DNA of 60,781 nt, counting the filler. It is 4 parts of 4 records of this genome, joined end to end, with 100 filler letters (N's around TTAATTAATTAA, not from the genome) between each part and the next. Parts side by side here need not be neighbours in the genome. Positions count along the whole stretch, not along the records: positions 51,631 to 60,781 come from DRR378314_1729; 3 more parts are not named here. The stretch is one strand, 5' to 3'. The notes under the pieces were generated by a model. That model did not search any database. It saw only the letters and a list, made by a program, of their open reading frames with translations, and was not told the DNA's origin. The position numbers were made by a program, and so were the translations under genes. Shown in pieces: positions 60,640-60,781 of the stretch (its first letter is position 1; every line of letters begins with the position of its first letter).

Positions 60640-60781
60640 ATTCTATATTATTTAATCTAAAATGATATTTATTCATTGACTACATGGATATAGGAGATTA
60701 CAATTTTAATATCAGCGCCTCACAAATAATATTATCAGAGCACTAAAAAAACACATCACCGCAGTTACCACAAAAACTATA

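Overview
The window is not one locus. It is four unrelated contigs joined by 100-nt N spacers that carry an artificial six-frame stop linker (TTAATTAATTAA). Taxon labels below are inferred from gene content and composition only. (1) 1-28429 is a GC-rich gammaproteobacterial contig, Marinobacter-like. It holds cspA, crcB, fadE, rapA, cysZ, a CsrB/Rsm-type sRNA with its GacA/UvrY and IHF sites, selU, mscS, a UbiF-like hydroxylase, hinT and pstSCAB-phoU with a Pho box. It also holds an uncharacterised 'thermostable hemolysin'-acyl-AMP ligase/heme-oxygenase-like diiron oxidase-SDR-TPR operon divergent from a PmrA/QseB-type two-component system, and ends in gapdh-arsJ. (2) 28530-39839 is gene-poor, probably eukaryotic DNA with decayed ORFs, a GT-AG intron candidate and a degenerate Ty3/Gypsy integrase relic. 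(3) 39940-51530 is a Rhodobacteraceae-like housekeeping region (modABC, lysC, ptsP and others). (4) 51631-60781 is an AT-rich Flavobacteriaceae-like contig with proCBA and a cluster of three unrelated phosphoesterase folds, a flavin amine oxidase and an XRE-cupin regulator. The best candidates for undescribed systems are the ligase-diiron oxidase operon (19771-27161) and the phosphoesterase/oxidase cluster (54997-60639). No CRISPR array, rRNA or tRNA was seen. All calls come from manual motif reading; no searches were run.
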